Shown here in pieces: positions 29,940 to 41,875 of a DNA stretch of 64,000 nt. Origin of the DNA: Schmidtea polychroa (lineage: Eukaryota); NCBI GenBank assembly GCA_044892525.1, contig CM097885.1, forward strand, positions 41,294,001 through 41,358,000, written 5' to 3'. The notes beneath the pieces were generated by a model. That model searched no databases. It was not told the DNA's origin and saw only the letters and a program-made list of their open reading frames with translations. The first letter of the stretch is position 1; each line of letters opens with the position of its first letter. Made by a program: the position numbers and the translations under genes.

Positions 29940-32900
29940 CAGTGCTGGCTTTAGGCACAGGCAAAGCAGGCAGTTGCATAAGATGCCAAAATCTAGTGGC
30001 CATTTTCGTGTTTTTCACTTTCTAAACCATTTTCAATGTAAGCTGTTGCATTTTCATTAATTTCGAATTAAAGACTGTTGCTTATAACTTATAATATTTC
30101 TAACAGTCCACCGTATTTAGTCCACCAACCAAGTGTTTATAATTAGATTCACTTTTCGTCTTTTTAATAGATAAAATGATTATCATTCAGAACGAAAGAA
30201 TATTCTCATAATTAGTTATATCGACTCAATTTTTAAAATGTTTCAAATTTAATTAATTATAATTTATATTGATGACTAGTGAGCGTTATTATTAAAACGA
30301 TTTTTCAACAAAACGCAGACAGTATTGATTAGTGATCAGTTGAAAACACAAAACAAAAGGTATTGAAATAAGTTAACTATCCTTTAAAATCTGTAGTACT
30401 TTTAAATCTTAATTCAGTTTTCTTAGGTATATCTAATTGCTAAATATTCAAAAATAATGTCAAACCCTATGAAACGCCAGAAGTCATCGGGTGCTCAATC
30501 TCGTCAGAAAAGCGACAAGCAAAACTTAGTATGAAAAAGCAAACAGGATGGCTTTTCAGGTATTGAGAGAAAATCAAAACTACTTCAGCTGTTAATGTCA
30601 TTGCCCAATCTAGCCAGTCATCAGCTAGCAATTCAGAAACCGCAACGCTTAATGTTAGTAGTGAAGATTTTGCTCAAAATTAAATGGAAGTAGACCTTAC
30701 TGTCACTAAAGATGAACTAATAACTCCATCTGTCTCTGATTCCTATTTAAATACATTTTTAAGTACAGAAAACAATGAAGAAGCAGCCGTGGAAGAAAAT
30801 CGATTTGATTTTGGCGATCCAGACATTTGACCAAATATAATAAATGATGCCATTCGAGTAGCATTTGTAAAGAAAGGCCAGTAAGAATCACAGAGTATGA
30901 TTTTCCTAAAAATGAAGCTCAAAACAATCGTCGTTTTAAGGAAACATATTATAAACGAAAACTCAAGAATGAAAAGAAGTGGAGAGAACATGGTTAGTTT
31001 ATTCCAAAAATAGCTATGCGTATACTGTTTATTTTGTAGGTTGTTTTCAAACAATAAGGTTGCTTTGACAGAAGATGGGTATATTTACTGGAAAAATATT
31101 TCATGCCAGTTATCAAGTCACGAGTGCTCTCCAAAGCAATGTGAGATCGTTAGCATGTGGACTGAATTGAAAATGAGGTTAAACGAAGGTCTAACTATTG
31201 ACAAACCAAATCAAAGGATAATAGAAGCTAAAACTGCACACTGGCGAAATGTTTTTGAAAGATTGCTCCCAATCATTTAATTTTTAGCTCAACACAACCT
31301 GGATTTTCAAGGCTCATCAAAAGAGGTTAATCAGATTGACAATAGTAACTTTCTTGCCTTGGTAGAACTTATAGAAAAGTTCGATCCAGTTTTTCAAGAA
31401 CACTTAAGACCAATCACGTCGGATGAAATCAATGACCATTATCTTAGAAAAAGAATCCAAAATGAATTAATTACTCTAATGGCTGACTAAGTTAAAGAAA
31501 CAATTTTAAAATATGCTTGACAGGCTAAATATTTCTCTATAATTCTTGATTGCACTTCCGATCCGAGTCATAAAGAGCAAATGTCTATCACTATACGCTT
31601 TGTAGGTCATATCCTTTCTATCACTAACTGCAGAGGGTAAGCGCATGACAATAGAAGGTAATAATTCCGGCATCCAGCGAAAAATTCTTGATATGAACCA
31701 ACTTGCATTCTTTGTTCCTTGTGGTTTGCCATAGTTTAAATCTTGTTGTTGGCGATGTCGTAAAATCTACAGGTGCTGCATCCTCTTTTTTGGTTTAATT
31801 TAGAAGATTTATGTTTTTTTCTCTGCGTCCACAGCTCGTTGGAAATACTGAAACAACACGTTTCTCGGCTTACTGTGAAGCCATTATCTGAAACCCACGG
31901 GGAGTCAAGAATTGACAGTATAGTACCAATACGACATCAACTAGGCGAGGTTTATGATGTTCTGTTTGAACTGTCAGAAAAAGAAAATGACTCTTTATCT
32001 CGACACGTGGCAGCTACACTAGCTAATGTTCTGAAGAACTTCAAGTTTATCTTTCGTTGGTTGTACGGCATGATATTCTTCACCGAATAAACATCATCAG
32101 TAAGCTTATGTAAAATCCTAAATTAGAACTATTCGCTGTTGTAAGACTTATGGAAAAAACCAGTCTTTTTAAAACGTTACAGGAAACACGATTTGAAGAA
32201 GCAACAGAGCTTGCAGAAAGTATATATGCTGAAGCAGTTTTTTCCAACAGAGGTACAAATTAGAATTCGTCATAAGAATAGATTATTTGACTATGAATCG
32301 AGAGATGATCCAATTCAAGATCCTGAAACTTGCTATCGGATTGTAGATTTTAACATCATCGTTGATACAGCTATTAATTCGATTGCAAAACGCTTTGCAC
32401 AAATGCAAAAATTTTCATTCTTGTATGACAATAAAGGATTACAGAAATTATCACGCGAAGAGTTGTTGAAAAACTGTCAAGACTTACACGTCCTACTCAC
32501 TTGTGGTGGCAGATGGATATGAATTATGTAATGAATTAAAGTCAATATCTTGCATGTTGTCAGAGAAAAAAAAACGCCCTTGCAAGTTCTTACATTTTTA
32601 AAATCAAACGATTGCTGGGAACTTTATCCAAACACAGCTATTGAAATACGCATTTTGTTAACTATTCCAGTCAGTGCAGCAACTGGCGAAAGAAGCTTTT
32701 CAAAGTTAAAATTAATAGAAACATACCTCCAAGCCTCTATGACACACGAAAGACTTACTGCTCTAGCTATCCTATTTATTGAGAAAGACGTAGTCCAAAC
32801 ATTAGACTACGGAAATATTATAAGCAATTTTGCAAGTGATAAAGCAAGCAAGGTATTTTTAATGTAAATCATACTTTTAGAGGCTAGAATAGATGAAACA

Positions 32901-33250
32901 TTTCAAAGTTACATAAAAATTTGTAATTAAATTAGCAAAACAAAAAATTCGTCAGTAAATATTTTTAATAGCTTTTTCTCTTTTCTCGGTAATTAAAGTT
33001 TTTCGGTAATGTAAGTGCTTTAAGATTTCCCAACAAATTAATATTAGCAAGTTCTGACTGTACTTATTAAAAAATTATAATAATAAATAACTCAGCTGGG
33101 GTATAACATGGGTAATGTTCTGGACCCCTATGTGGTAGTTCGTCATTCAATTGTAATGTGTAAGGCGTGAGGTAGTGTGGGTCATTCTGCTCAGAGAACG
33201 CCAAAATGTATGGTTTACCTAGGGCGCCATTGTGGCTAGGGCCGGCCCTG
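29940..33250 (+). mobile_element. Near full-length decayed hAT transposon (Tip100/ZMYM1-like transposase)
   Basis: Perfect 8-bp TSD GTAACCGA (29932-29939, 33251-33258); imperfect TIRs CAGTGCTGGCTTTAGGCACA / CAGGGCCGGCCCTAGCCACA. Confidence 0.92.
30457..32867 (+). pseudogene. hAT transposase pseudogene
   Basis: Fragments include YCLFCRLF, YFSIILDCTSDPSHKEQMS, VKPLSET..ESRID and the dimerisation motif LLTIPVSAATGERSFSKLKLI; many stops and frameshifts. Confidence 0.92.
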
Positions 33251-34271
33251 GTAACCGATAACAAGTTTCACACTAAAAATCATAATTAATTCTGTTGGGA
33301 AAGAAAAACGATGTCGCATTAGTGCGGAAAGCTTCTTAAAGTTATCGATATTATTAAAGATTTCGTACAATAATAATATTATATGAAAGATTTACTAAGT
33401 ATTGCTGATATTAAGGACGTATACAATTAATAGGTTATGTTGGGATATTAAGGTGTTTGTCGATGGGACTAAATATTGATGTGACTTCTCGTGTTCAGCA
33501 ATCAACGAAATAAAATTCCTATTCAAAGAAAATCTGTATTTTTCAAATTGTACAAACCTTTTATTAATTAATATAACACCAAGGTAAATGTTCAATGGGT
33601 ATCGCCCTATAAGTCAAAACACAAATTTCGTTTATCATTCCTTGTTAAAACTATTAATTGAACAATGTTTAATAATTATAAAGAAATAAAATTTCCAAGT
33701 TTATATACTTCTCCAATCTTTTAGCGATTCTTTTAAAGGTTTCTTTAACTCAGTGTGAAATTTCGCTTTTCTCACATTTTCTGTACTACTACTCAGAAAT
33801 ATGAATGAACTTTAATAGAAGAGCGCTGGTATGAATGAATTTACAAATAATCCAAATAATTTGAATTCATTTAAAACAATATTAAAATTTAAATTAATAA
33901 TATTTAATTTAAATTAATAATATAAAGTGATGGTTTCTTGGTAGGAGCATTAATTAAATTAAATTTTTTAAACAATTAAATTAATAATAATAAATTAAAT
34001 TAATTAATATTAAAAAATAATATTATTCAGTTAATTTACAGACTAAATATTATATAAATAACAGGATAAAAATGATTTTAAATTACGAAATAAATTAGAT
34101 AAATATAATTTTTAATTATATTTTAATAACGTCGATTACCTAATTAACAATAGCTTATTATAGTCTTCTGTTATTCTTACAGAGATTATTCGTTTATTAC
34201 GTAATTAAAATACAAGATATTCGAATACATGAGCTCTTGTACAAATTCATTAGACCGTGAATATATACGTA

Positions 34272-34277
34272 TATAAA
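34272..34277 (+). promoter_or_regulatory. Candidate TATA box of the TGF-beta-family gene
   Basis: TATAAA ~35 nt upstream of an Inr-like TCAGATT and ~90 nt upstream of the ATG; weak evidence in an AT-rich background. Confidence 0.35.
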
Positions 34278-34363
34278 TACGCATCCAATTACTCAACTTT
34301 TCAAATCAGATTTATCAAAATTTCTGAATTTTCTTGTTGAGGTTTCATGATAACTTATTGCAC

Positions 34364-35332
34364 ATGAATACGAATTTGGATCTGGTCATTTTATTAATAT
34401 TTGGTAATTTTATTCTCTCGGAAATCCGTTCTGAGAGTCATATCGATGTTAACCTGTTCAGAAAATATTCTGCAATCGAAAAGTTGAAATTGAAAATAAA
34501 GTCACACTTACATCTAATGAAGAATCAACTAGAAGACCCTTACAAAGATAATTATTTCAAGAAAGCTTTCAAGCAAATACCCATTCTTGTAGATATATGG
34601 AAAGACTGTGAATCAAAAAGCTTTTCAAAAAAATTATGCTTAATCATAAAATTTGATAGGAAATTTCTTCAACAAAATATCTCCTCAATGATTCTTTACA
34701 TGAGATTACCCCATGTTACTTCCAGATCGTCGAAATTCGAATTCATCACGAGACATTTCGGTTCACTTCAGAGCTTTCCATTCAGAAAAGCAAAAAGAAA
34801 TCTGTTCATTGTTCGATTTGAAAAATCTGACCGGAAGTTTCTTCTTAGGAATACTCATGAATACAAAGTTGTTTGCACAATATATTGTGACAGAAACACA
34901 TTTAACAATTCTATGCTCTCTTTACACTTGAATCTTGATCTGAATCATTCATTAGTTCGAAATCGTCGAACTGAGAAAATCGGTAGCAAGACGTGCACAT
35001 CAATGAATTATTTTTGTTGTTTGCGATCATTCAATGTCAGTTTGCCTCAACTAGGATTCCCATGGGTTGTTCAACCGAAATTTGTGACATTGAATTATTG
35101 TTCCGGTGAATGTAACCGTTTCATAGATTCCACAAGCTATAGAAGGTTTCTACTGTCTTTAAATGTGGCAGTGGATTCAGGATTGGGAAAATCTTTACTG
35201 AGATCTGGAAGAAGCTGTTGTGTTCCAGATAATTTTGAGGATCTTCATTTGATTGGATTAAGTGAAACCTCTGGAATGTATGAAGAATTCATTATTCACA
35301 ATGCTCTCGCTTCGAAATGCAGTTGTTCTTGA
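34364..35332 (+). CDS. Intronless TGF-beta superfamily ligand, activin/inhibin class (322 aa from ATG 34364)
   Basis: Hydrophobic N-terminal signal-like segment, furin site RNRR, mature domain with 9 Cys (C...CC...CSGEC...CC...CSC) and LGFPWVVQP. Confidence 0.92.
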   Translation: MNTNLDLVILLIFGNFILSEIRSESHIDVNLFRKYSAIEKLKLKIKSHLHLMKNQLEDPYKDNYFKKAFKQIPILVDIWKDCESKSFSKKLCLIIKFDRKFLQQNISSMILYMRLPHVTSRSSKFEFITRHFGSLQSFPFRKAKRNLFIVRFEKSDRKFLLRNTHEYKVVCTIYCDRNTFNNSMLSLHLNLDLNHSLVRNRRTEKIGSKTCTSMNYFCCLRSFNVSLPQLGFPWVVQPKFVTLNYCSGECNRFIDSTSYRRFLLSLNVAVDSGLGKSLLRSGRSCCVPDNFEDLHLIGLSETSGMYEEFIIHNALASKCSCS

Positions 35333-36130
35333 TTTTAGATCTTTCAAATATTTTTTTATTTGAATTATTTCATAAAAAAGTGCCATACAAAATAAAAAAT
35401 AGTAAGTTTTCAATTTAAAACATCATCAGCTTTTGTAATTTTCTATAATAAAATTTCGTTTTTTCACATATTTGCGATATGATCTATACAACAAGGCAGT
35501 CAATGGGGTTGAAATTCTCCATTATTGACTCCTAATAAATGAAAAAAATTAATTTAATTGAATTCAATTAATTATATTTCGTTTTAATTAAACTATTCAA
35601 ACAAGTAAGTTACACTGCCACTCGAGCTTTAACTCGAAGGTAATCTAGAAGCAATTCTGGGAATTACGGCTTCGGCATAAAATTTTTAATTCGTGATTAT
35701 ACTGCTCAGGACTCATTTTCGCTGAAAAAACTTCCTTATTGTGTTCGTTTAAATTAATCAATCTGATATTCGAAACGTGCCGATTGAATGAAATTATGGG
35801 TATTGAGGGTTCAAAATTTACACTAGTAACATTCACGAGTCTTCATGAGTGAAACATCGAGTTCCTCCAGACTTTACTGGTTTGAGTTGGAAGTTTAAAT
35901 CGATATCACGATTATATATTGTGACCTTGAATTTACAGAAAATGACTACACCAGAATGAGCTGTATGAAGAGTTGTAAAAAATATCATCTTACTCATTGT
36001 TCTTTTAACCGTCAATTCTCTATTTCTGACTGTCTATTGACAATTCAAAATGTTTATCTCTTCTAAAATCAGTTGAATATGATTATCAAATATCAAAGGT
36101 AGACCACGGTCAAAAAACACCAACGGAAAA

Positions 36131-36531
36131 TATTTTCATACATGTTGCATATTCCTCCAATGTGTTTTGATTAATAATAATGGCGAATTCGAAACTATAT
36201 AAACATTTTATGATCAGTACCGTTACAATCTAGTTTTCACCTTACTAATTACAACCACACAGGATGAATAAATTATTATTAAGTGCTTAACGCTTAACTA
36301 TTTTAGGAATATCATGTCTTCAAAAAAAAACTTAGAATTCATGATCACCTAACAACTGGTTCTAATTTTAACATCTCATTACAATTGATCTAACTGTTTT
36401 CTTTACCTTGATTTTAAATAGCATGTATTTAATGTTGCACTATAAAATGATCACAAGTTGCACTATTATTAATAGCAAACTTCACTATATTATTTCCAAA
36501 AATTACTTTATTATTTAATGAACACTATATT
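36131..36531 (+). repeat. ~400-bp dispersed repeat, copy 2
   Basis: Near-identical to 26241-26639. Confidence 0.9.
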
Positions 36532-38091
36532 ATTCTCTTTTTTACTAAAACAATTAATCTAGCATTTAAATAATTATTGATCTGAACTAAAATTATTTTG
36601 AACCTGAACTGAAATTATTTTTGACTGAAACTCAAATAGCAAGATTTATGTTAATATTTGCATAAGTCAGTGTTTTCGCGACTTCTCTTTAAACAATATG
36701 TTATTTCCTTCTCTCTTATAACTTCGAGGCGGCTTCTGTATTTTTAAATATGAAAAAGATACAAATAGTTACTCGACAGAAGCTCTTCTTGTCATTTTGT
36801 TTTACAGTTAGGGTGTCTTACCGCTTTCTAAAAATAAGCTGTGTTCTAAAAAAAAACAAATAAATTAAAAATCATTTCATTGATTTCACCCCATCGCCTC
36901 TGTCAACAAACCATTAGAAAAAAAACGTAGTCGAGTAAGACTTACTTTGGCAGAAGCGGCACTTGTGGAATATCCTACTGGATTCAAAAAAGCTTAAAAA
37001 CTTATTTAACTTGTTAAATTAATAACGAATTGTCAATCGAATTTAATACAATATTTTTTTTGAATTTTTTAATTTTATTTCTTATCAAAAATATATACTG
37101 TATTACTACTGTATTTGTAATTTATAATAATTTAAAAAAAATTTAAATTTAAAAATTAATTTAGTGCTTATAAAAGATTTTTTTAGTGTAACAATGTTAT
37201 TTATAGTGCATACCTGATTAATATAGTGTATTTAAATATTATAGTGCAACTTGTGATTAATTATACTACAGAATGTATTTGATGCAATTTTAAATAATTG
37301 TGCTAAATTTCCGGTTATAACTTTTAAAACTTATATTCCACTTTCTCATTTCTATCCAATAAATTTTTTGTGTCAAATTTTGTCCAACTGGTTTTTCGAT
37401 TCTCGATTAAAAAGAAAGAATTTGCTGCTAGAATTAATTAATAATAATCAAATAATTTCTTCCCAAATAAATTGACTTTTGTTTTCATTTAATTATAGTT
37501 GGAAATCTTTAAATTTAATGTTGACCTTCATCAAAGTTGTCAAAACCACTATACAAAATTAAAATAAATAACTACAATAATAAATTAGACTAAAATACTA
37601 AAATATTTCAGATATTGACTATAAACATGACACCAGTCTCAGCTCAAATGTAGATCTTTAACAATATGTTCGCCAACTTATTTTAACAAAATTTTAAGAA
37701 ATAGATAAATTTTCCTTCCTAGCTCAATTCATACAAAAATGATTTGTAGGGAAGCTTACCACTAATCACATTTTATCATTAGATTTTCAAGCCCTAAAAG
37801 CAAATATTTCATCAGTTACTGAAATTTAATTAAGACAATCACACATTAAAAAATTCTATCATCTCAGCATCCTTGTTAGATTTTATGGAAAGAACTTTCG
37901 GACTTAGCAAGACTCATAAAAAAGGCATAATGATAATAAGGGACATGAAAGGATATATATGAATGAAAGTGTTAGGTTCGTTGTCTAGATCAACGATTAA
38001 CACTATTTGGATTATCTGACTCCAAATGATTTTGCGCTTTTAAGTAATAAAAGAAAAAAAGTGATGGTTTGATTGGCATCTATGTGATCGC

Positions 38092-38277
38092 AGTAGTGTT
38101 AGAACTATACACTTGAGCACACCCACCGCAAAGCGTCCAATTCCAAACCCCTCAATTATCACCCTTTAATATAAAAAAACAACAGTTTTTTTACATGTTT
38201 TAATATTTTTTAACCGAAAAAACCCAAAACAAAAGCCCTCTGTCCGAGCGCGATGGAAAGGGAAGAGATGAGGGTGC
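38092..38277 (+). repeat. Polinton left TIR
   Basis: Reverse complement of 51241-51425 with about 8 differences counted by eye. Confidence 0.95.
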
Positions 38278-38344
38278 GCTCAAGTGTATAGTTCTAACAC
38301 TACTAGCAGCAAGTAGCGCAGTTTGCTAATTTATAAATAAAAAA

Positions 38345-39646
38345 ATGAATAATATAAATCTTGAGATTCCAGAAAAAAATAAATTAAATCTTGATTATAA
38401 TAAAGAGTTTATGCATGAAATCAAGAAAAATGATGTTTTAAAAATATCCCCTACGTCAGGATCGATTGCAAATTTAAATCGTGGAGGAGATATAGTTTTT
38501 CAATCCCTTCAAACCTCAAACCCAATAGATATTTGTAATACAAAATTATATTACAAATTTGAATTAGAAATTGAAGCAAACAAAGATATAACTCTAGAAA
38601 ACAATTTCTTTCCAAACTTATTTAATAACATGAGATTAAAACTAGGATCATCAGAAATTGAAAGTATTTTACATCCAGGAATATATTCTACAATGTTAAA
38701 TTTTATATTAACTGGTTGTGATTATAAAAATGAAAGTGGTGAGTTAATAGGTTGGATTCCTGATGTTAATAAAGGTGATTTAACCAAACTTGGTTTATAT
38801 GTAAATTATGGATATTATAAAAGATTTGAACTTTATAAATCTAAAAAATTTGAGGGTTATTTTGAATTAAAACTCTTATTTGGATTCCTTCAAAACTATA
38901 ACCGAGTACTTCATAATGTTTTTATAGAATTAATATGTAATAGAAAAGAAGATGATAAAACAATATTCTATGGAGCTGCAGATACAAAAGCTAAATTAAA
39001 ATTATCAACACTTGAATTACATATACCTGAATGGACATTAAATCCACATTCTGAAATCAAACTCCTTGAAAGATTAAATTCCAACAAATCTATAAATGTA
39101 AATTATTTAAATAGAATCTGTAGTGAATTTAATATGACAGAGGGATCGACTTACTCTATAAAAGTAGCAAATTTAGCATACCGACCGAGATATATCCTGA
39201 TTGGATTCAAAGAAACAGATTCATCATTCCAAAAAAATAACAATTTGTTTATTCAAAAGATTGGAAATGATAATTTAAAATCAATCCAAATTCAATTAAA
39301 TAGTTCTTATTATCCAATAAATAGAATGGAGTTTAATATTGAAAATAATGAAAACATATTCCCCTATCTGAATTATATTGAAACATGTTATGATTTCAAA
39401 GTTAAACCGCAATTAAGTTTAGAAGATTTCTAAAATTTATATTCTATATTTTGTATAAATGTATCAGATCAAGTTGATCGTCTAGCTATAAATAATGTTG
39501 ATGTTACACTTCATATAACAAAGGATTCTAATTTTAAAGCTAAAGTATATACATTAATATTAGAAGAAAAGAAAATAGAAATGAAATTATATGGTGGAAA
39601 GATTTCAATAATTGAAAATGTGCGAGGAGATAAAATCTCTACATAA
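38345..39646 (+). pseudogene. Double jelly-roll major capsid protein; one in-frame TAA at 39431-39433
   Basis: Polinton MCP-like motifs (LENNFFPNLF..MRLKLG..EIE, LFGF..NY.RVL, RPRYILIGF, IQLNSSYYP). The frame continues after the stop as NLYSIFCINVSDQ... to TAA at 39646. Confidence 0.85.
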
Positions 39647-39667
39647 CGAAGTTTTACAACTATAAAA

Positions 39668-41062
39668 ATGTCTTATTGGAAATGTGAAATTTGTAATTGT
39701 CAAGTTAGAAAACATCATAAAGCAAGTCATGTTAAAACTAAAAAACATATACGGAGTTTCACATCTTCCCGATTGGGAGGAGACCTTCAATCCTCAAGTC
39801 TTACATCTTCAATATTGAAACTCTTTACAACTGAAAAATATCCAGGTGAAAGGCACTTGTTCAACCATAACTTTACAGGACCTGGAACAAGATTAGATAT
39901 TAGACTTGATGAAAATAATAATCCTAAACCTGGAGAAGAACCAGTGAATAGAATTGATCAAGCGGCTTTAAAACATGATATTGCTTACAATTCTCAAGAC
40001 CTTAGGGATAGACACCTTGCAGATGTTAATTTAATACATGATTTAAATAATATAGAAAACCCATCAACCCAAGAAAAGATTCAAGCAGGACTAGTAAAAT
40101 TAGCAATGAAAGGTAAAATATTCTTTGGAGCTGGCGCGACCTTTGGAGCCGGACTTCCTAGAATAGCAAAAGATATTGCCAACAAAAAGATTATTCAACA
40201 AGCAGAGATTGAGAATCAACTCGAGAATCGGCACTTCGAGAGTGGATCCAAGACTAGTTTATTAACCCCAACAGAATCACAAATAAAATATGCCAAGGAA
40301 TTACACCATGAATTTAGAAAAAATAGAAAATATTTAAAAGTTCAAGTACATGAAAAAGATCAAACATGGTCTGCTGATTTAGTCTTTATGCCAACCAAAT
40401 CATCAGACCCTGAAAAATATTAAATAATTTTAACAGTAATAGATTTATATACGAGATTTGCTTTTGCAAGATGTTTAGAAAATAAAACAGGATATTCTAT
40501 TACAGAAGCATTTGAAAATATATTTGAAGAACATCAAAGAATTCCAAAATATTTATGGTGTGATAAAGGAACAGAATTTTATAACAAAGTTTTTACAAAG
40601 TTTTTAAATGAAAATGATATTAAATTATATTCAACAGAAAACGAAGGAAAAGCAGTCGTAGTTGAAAGATTAAATAGAACATTAAAAAATAAAATGTGGA
40701 AATATTTTACTGCTATTGGAAAACAAAAATGGAACAATGAATTGTTACAAAAGATTGTAAATGAATATAATAATGATGTACATAGTTCTATAAAATCAAC
40801 ACCTTTAAATGCTTCCTTGAATAATCCTGAACCCGCTAAAGTGGTAAATGAAAAACCAAAGTTTAAAATTGGTGACCGAGTAAGAATATTTAAATATAAA
40901 AATAAATTTGAAAAAGGATTCACAGCAAAATGGACAAATGAAATTTTTATTATAAATAAAATACATTATACAATTCCAATAACATATGGTATCATCGATG
41001 AAAATAATGAAAAAATATTAGGTAGATTTTATAATAATGAACTACAGAGATCAAGCTTTTAA
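39668..41062 (+). pseudogene. C2H2 Zn finger + parvovirus-type PLA2 + retroviral-like (rve) integrase fusion; one in-frame TAA at 40421-40423
   Basis: CEIC..H..TKKH; HNFTGPGT...NRIDQAALKHDIAY; DDE core WSADL, WCDKGTEF, VVERLNRTLK; C-terminal KFKIGDRVRI...KWTNEIF. The 39668 and 40694 ORFs are in the same frame with open sequence between them. Confidence 0.92.
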
Positions 41063-41859
41063 AATAAACATTTCCATATTTCACCTTCTTCTCTATCCAA
41101 ATAAATATAATTATATTTTTCTTTCCAATGATTATCTACAAACATGTCAAACATTTGCTTATCAGGTTCAACATTTGAAAATAAATCACTATAAATCATA
41201 TTCTTATCACGCTTTTCTAATTTAAAAAATATAAAACAATTGGAATTATTTCTTATAGAGTTTTTATCCAAAGCATAATAGGTTTGAGAAATATAAATAA
41301 CATTACAATTATTATGTCGACCTCGTGTAAAGTAACTCTTTTGAATCTCTTGGTTTTTCATATTGACGACATCATCAAATATAACTAGATTCTTTTTATC
41401 TTTAGGAAGTAAATCACAATGCAAAACATCTTCAGATTTATTAGAGAATAAAACTTGAATCCCAGAATGGCCTGTTCCAGAATCTTCAGAGATGTAATCA
41501 CTTTTATTATCAATATCTAATTCTAAAATCTTTTCCTTGTACCAATCAACCATATCACAAGGTTGAAAAACCTCATCAGGACATCTATGTTGGTTTTTAA
41601 AAATATCAATTATAGCTTTTTTAGTTAATTTATTTTCAAATCCACATTTCAAAAGTTGTAACTCTGGTTGATTTATGGTTGTAGAGTAAAAGATTACATT
41701 ATTATAATCTAAAAACCCATCTTCAAGCAACATTCTTAAAAGAAGTACATTCTCTCCACATCCTGAAGACCCAACGATTAATAATCTAAAATTATCAGGA
41801 AATAATTTATTATTAAATTTACTCTTGTGTCTATTTAAAATCGGTTTCCAAGTATCCAT
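41059..41859 (-). CDS. A32/FtsK-like genome packaging ATPase with a degenerate Walker A
   Basis: LLIVGSSGCGEN (GKT expected), Walker B LVIFDD, FTRGRHNNCNVIYISQ, IRNN. Confidence 0.92.
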   Translation of the reverse strand: MDTWKPILNRHKSKFNNKLFPDNFRLLIVGSSGCGENVLLLRMLLEDGFLDYNNVIFYSTTINQPELQLLKCGFENKLTKKAIIDIFKNQHRCPDEVFQPCDMVDWYKEKILELDIDNKSDYISEDSGTGHSGIQVLFSNKSEDVLHCDLLPKDKKNLVIFDDVVNMKNQEIQKSYFTRGRHNNCNVIYISQTYYALDKNSIRNNSNCFIFFKLEKRDKNMIYSDLFSNVEPDKQMFDMFVDNHWKEKYNYIYLDREEGEIWKCLF

Positions 41860-41875
41860 TTTTATTTATTATAAA

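Noticed and set aside
35645..36015. Two adjacent minus-strand ORFs downstream of the TGF-beta gene
   Set aside because: Separated by a stop/frame change, with no homology or convincing splice model.
39431..40423. In-frame TAA in both MCP and integrase as possible stop-codon reassignment or readthrough
   Set aside because: TAA terminates many other element ORFs and other genes show frameshifts, so ordinary decay is simpler.
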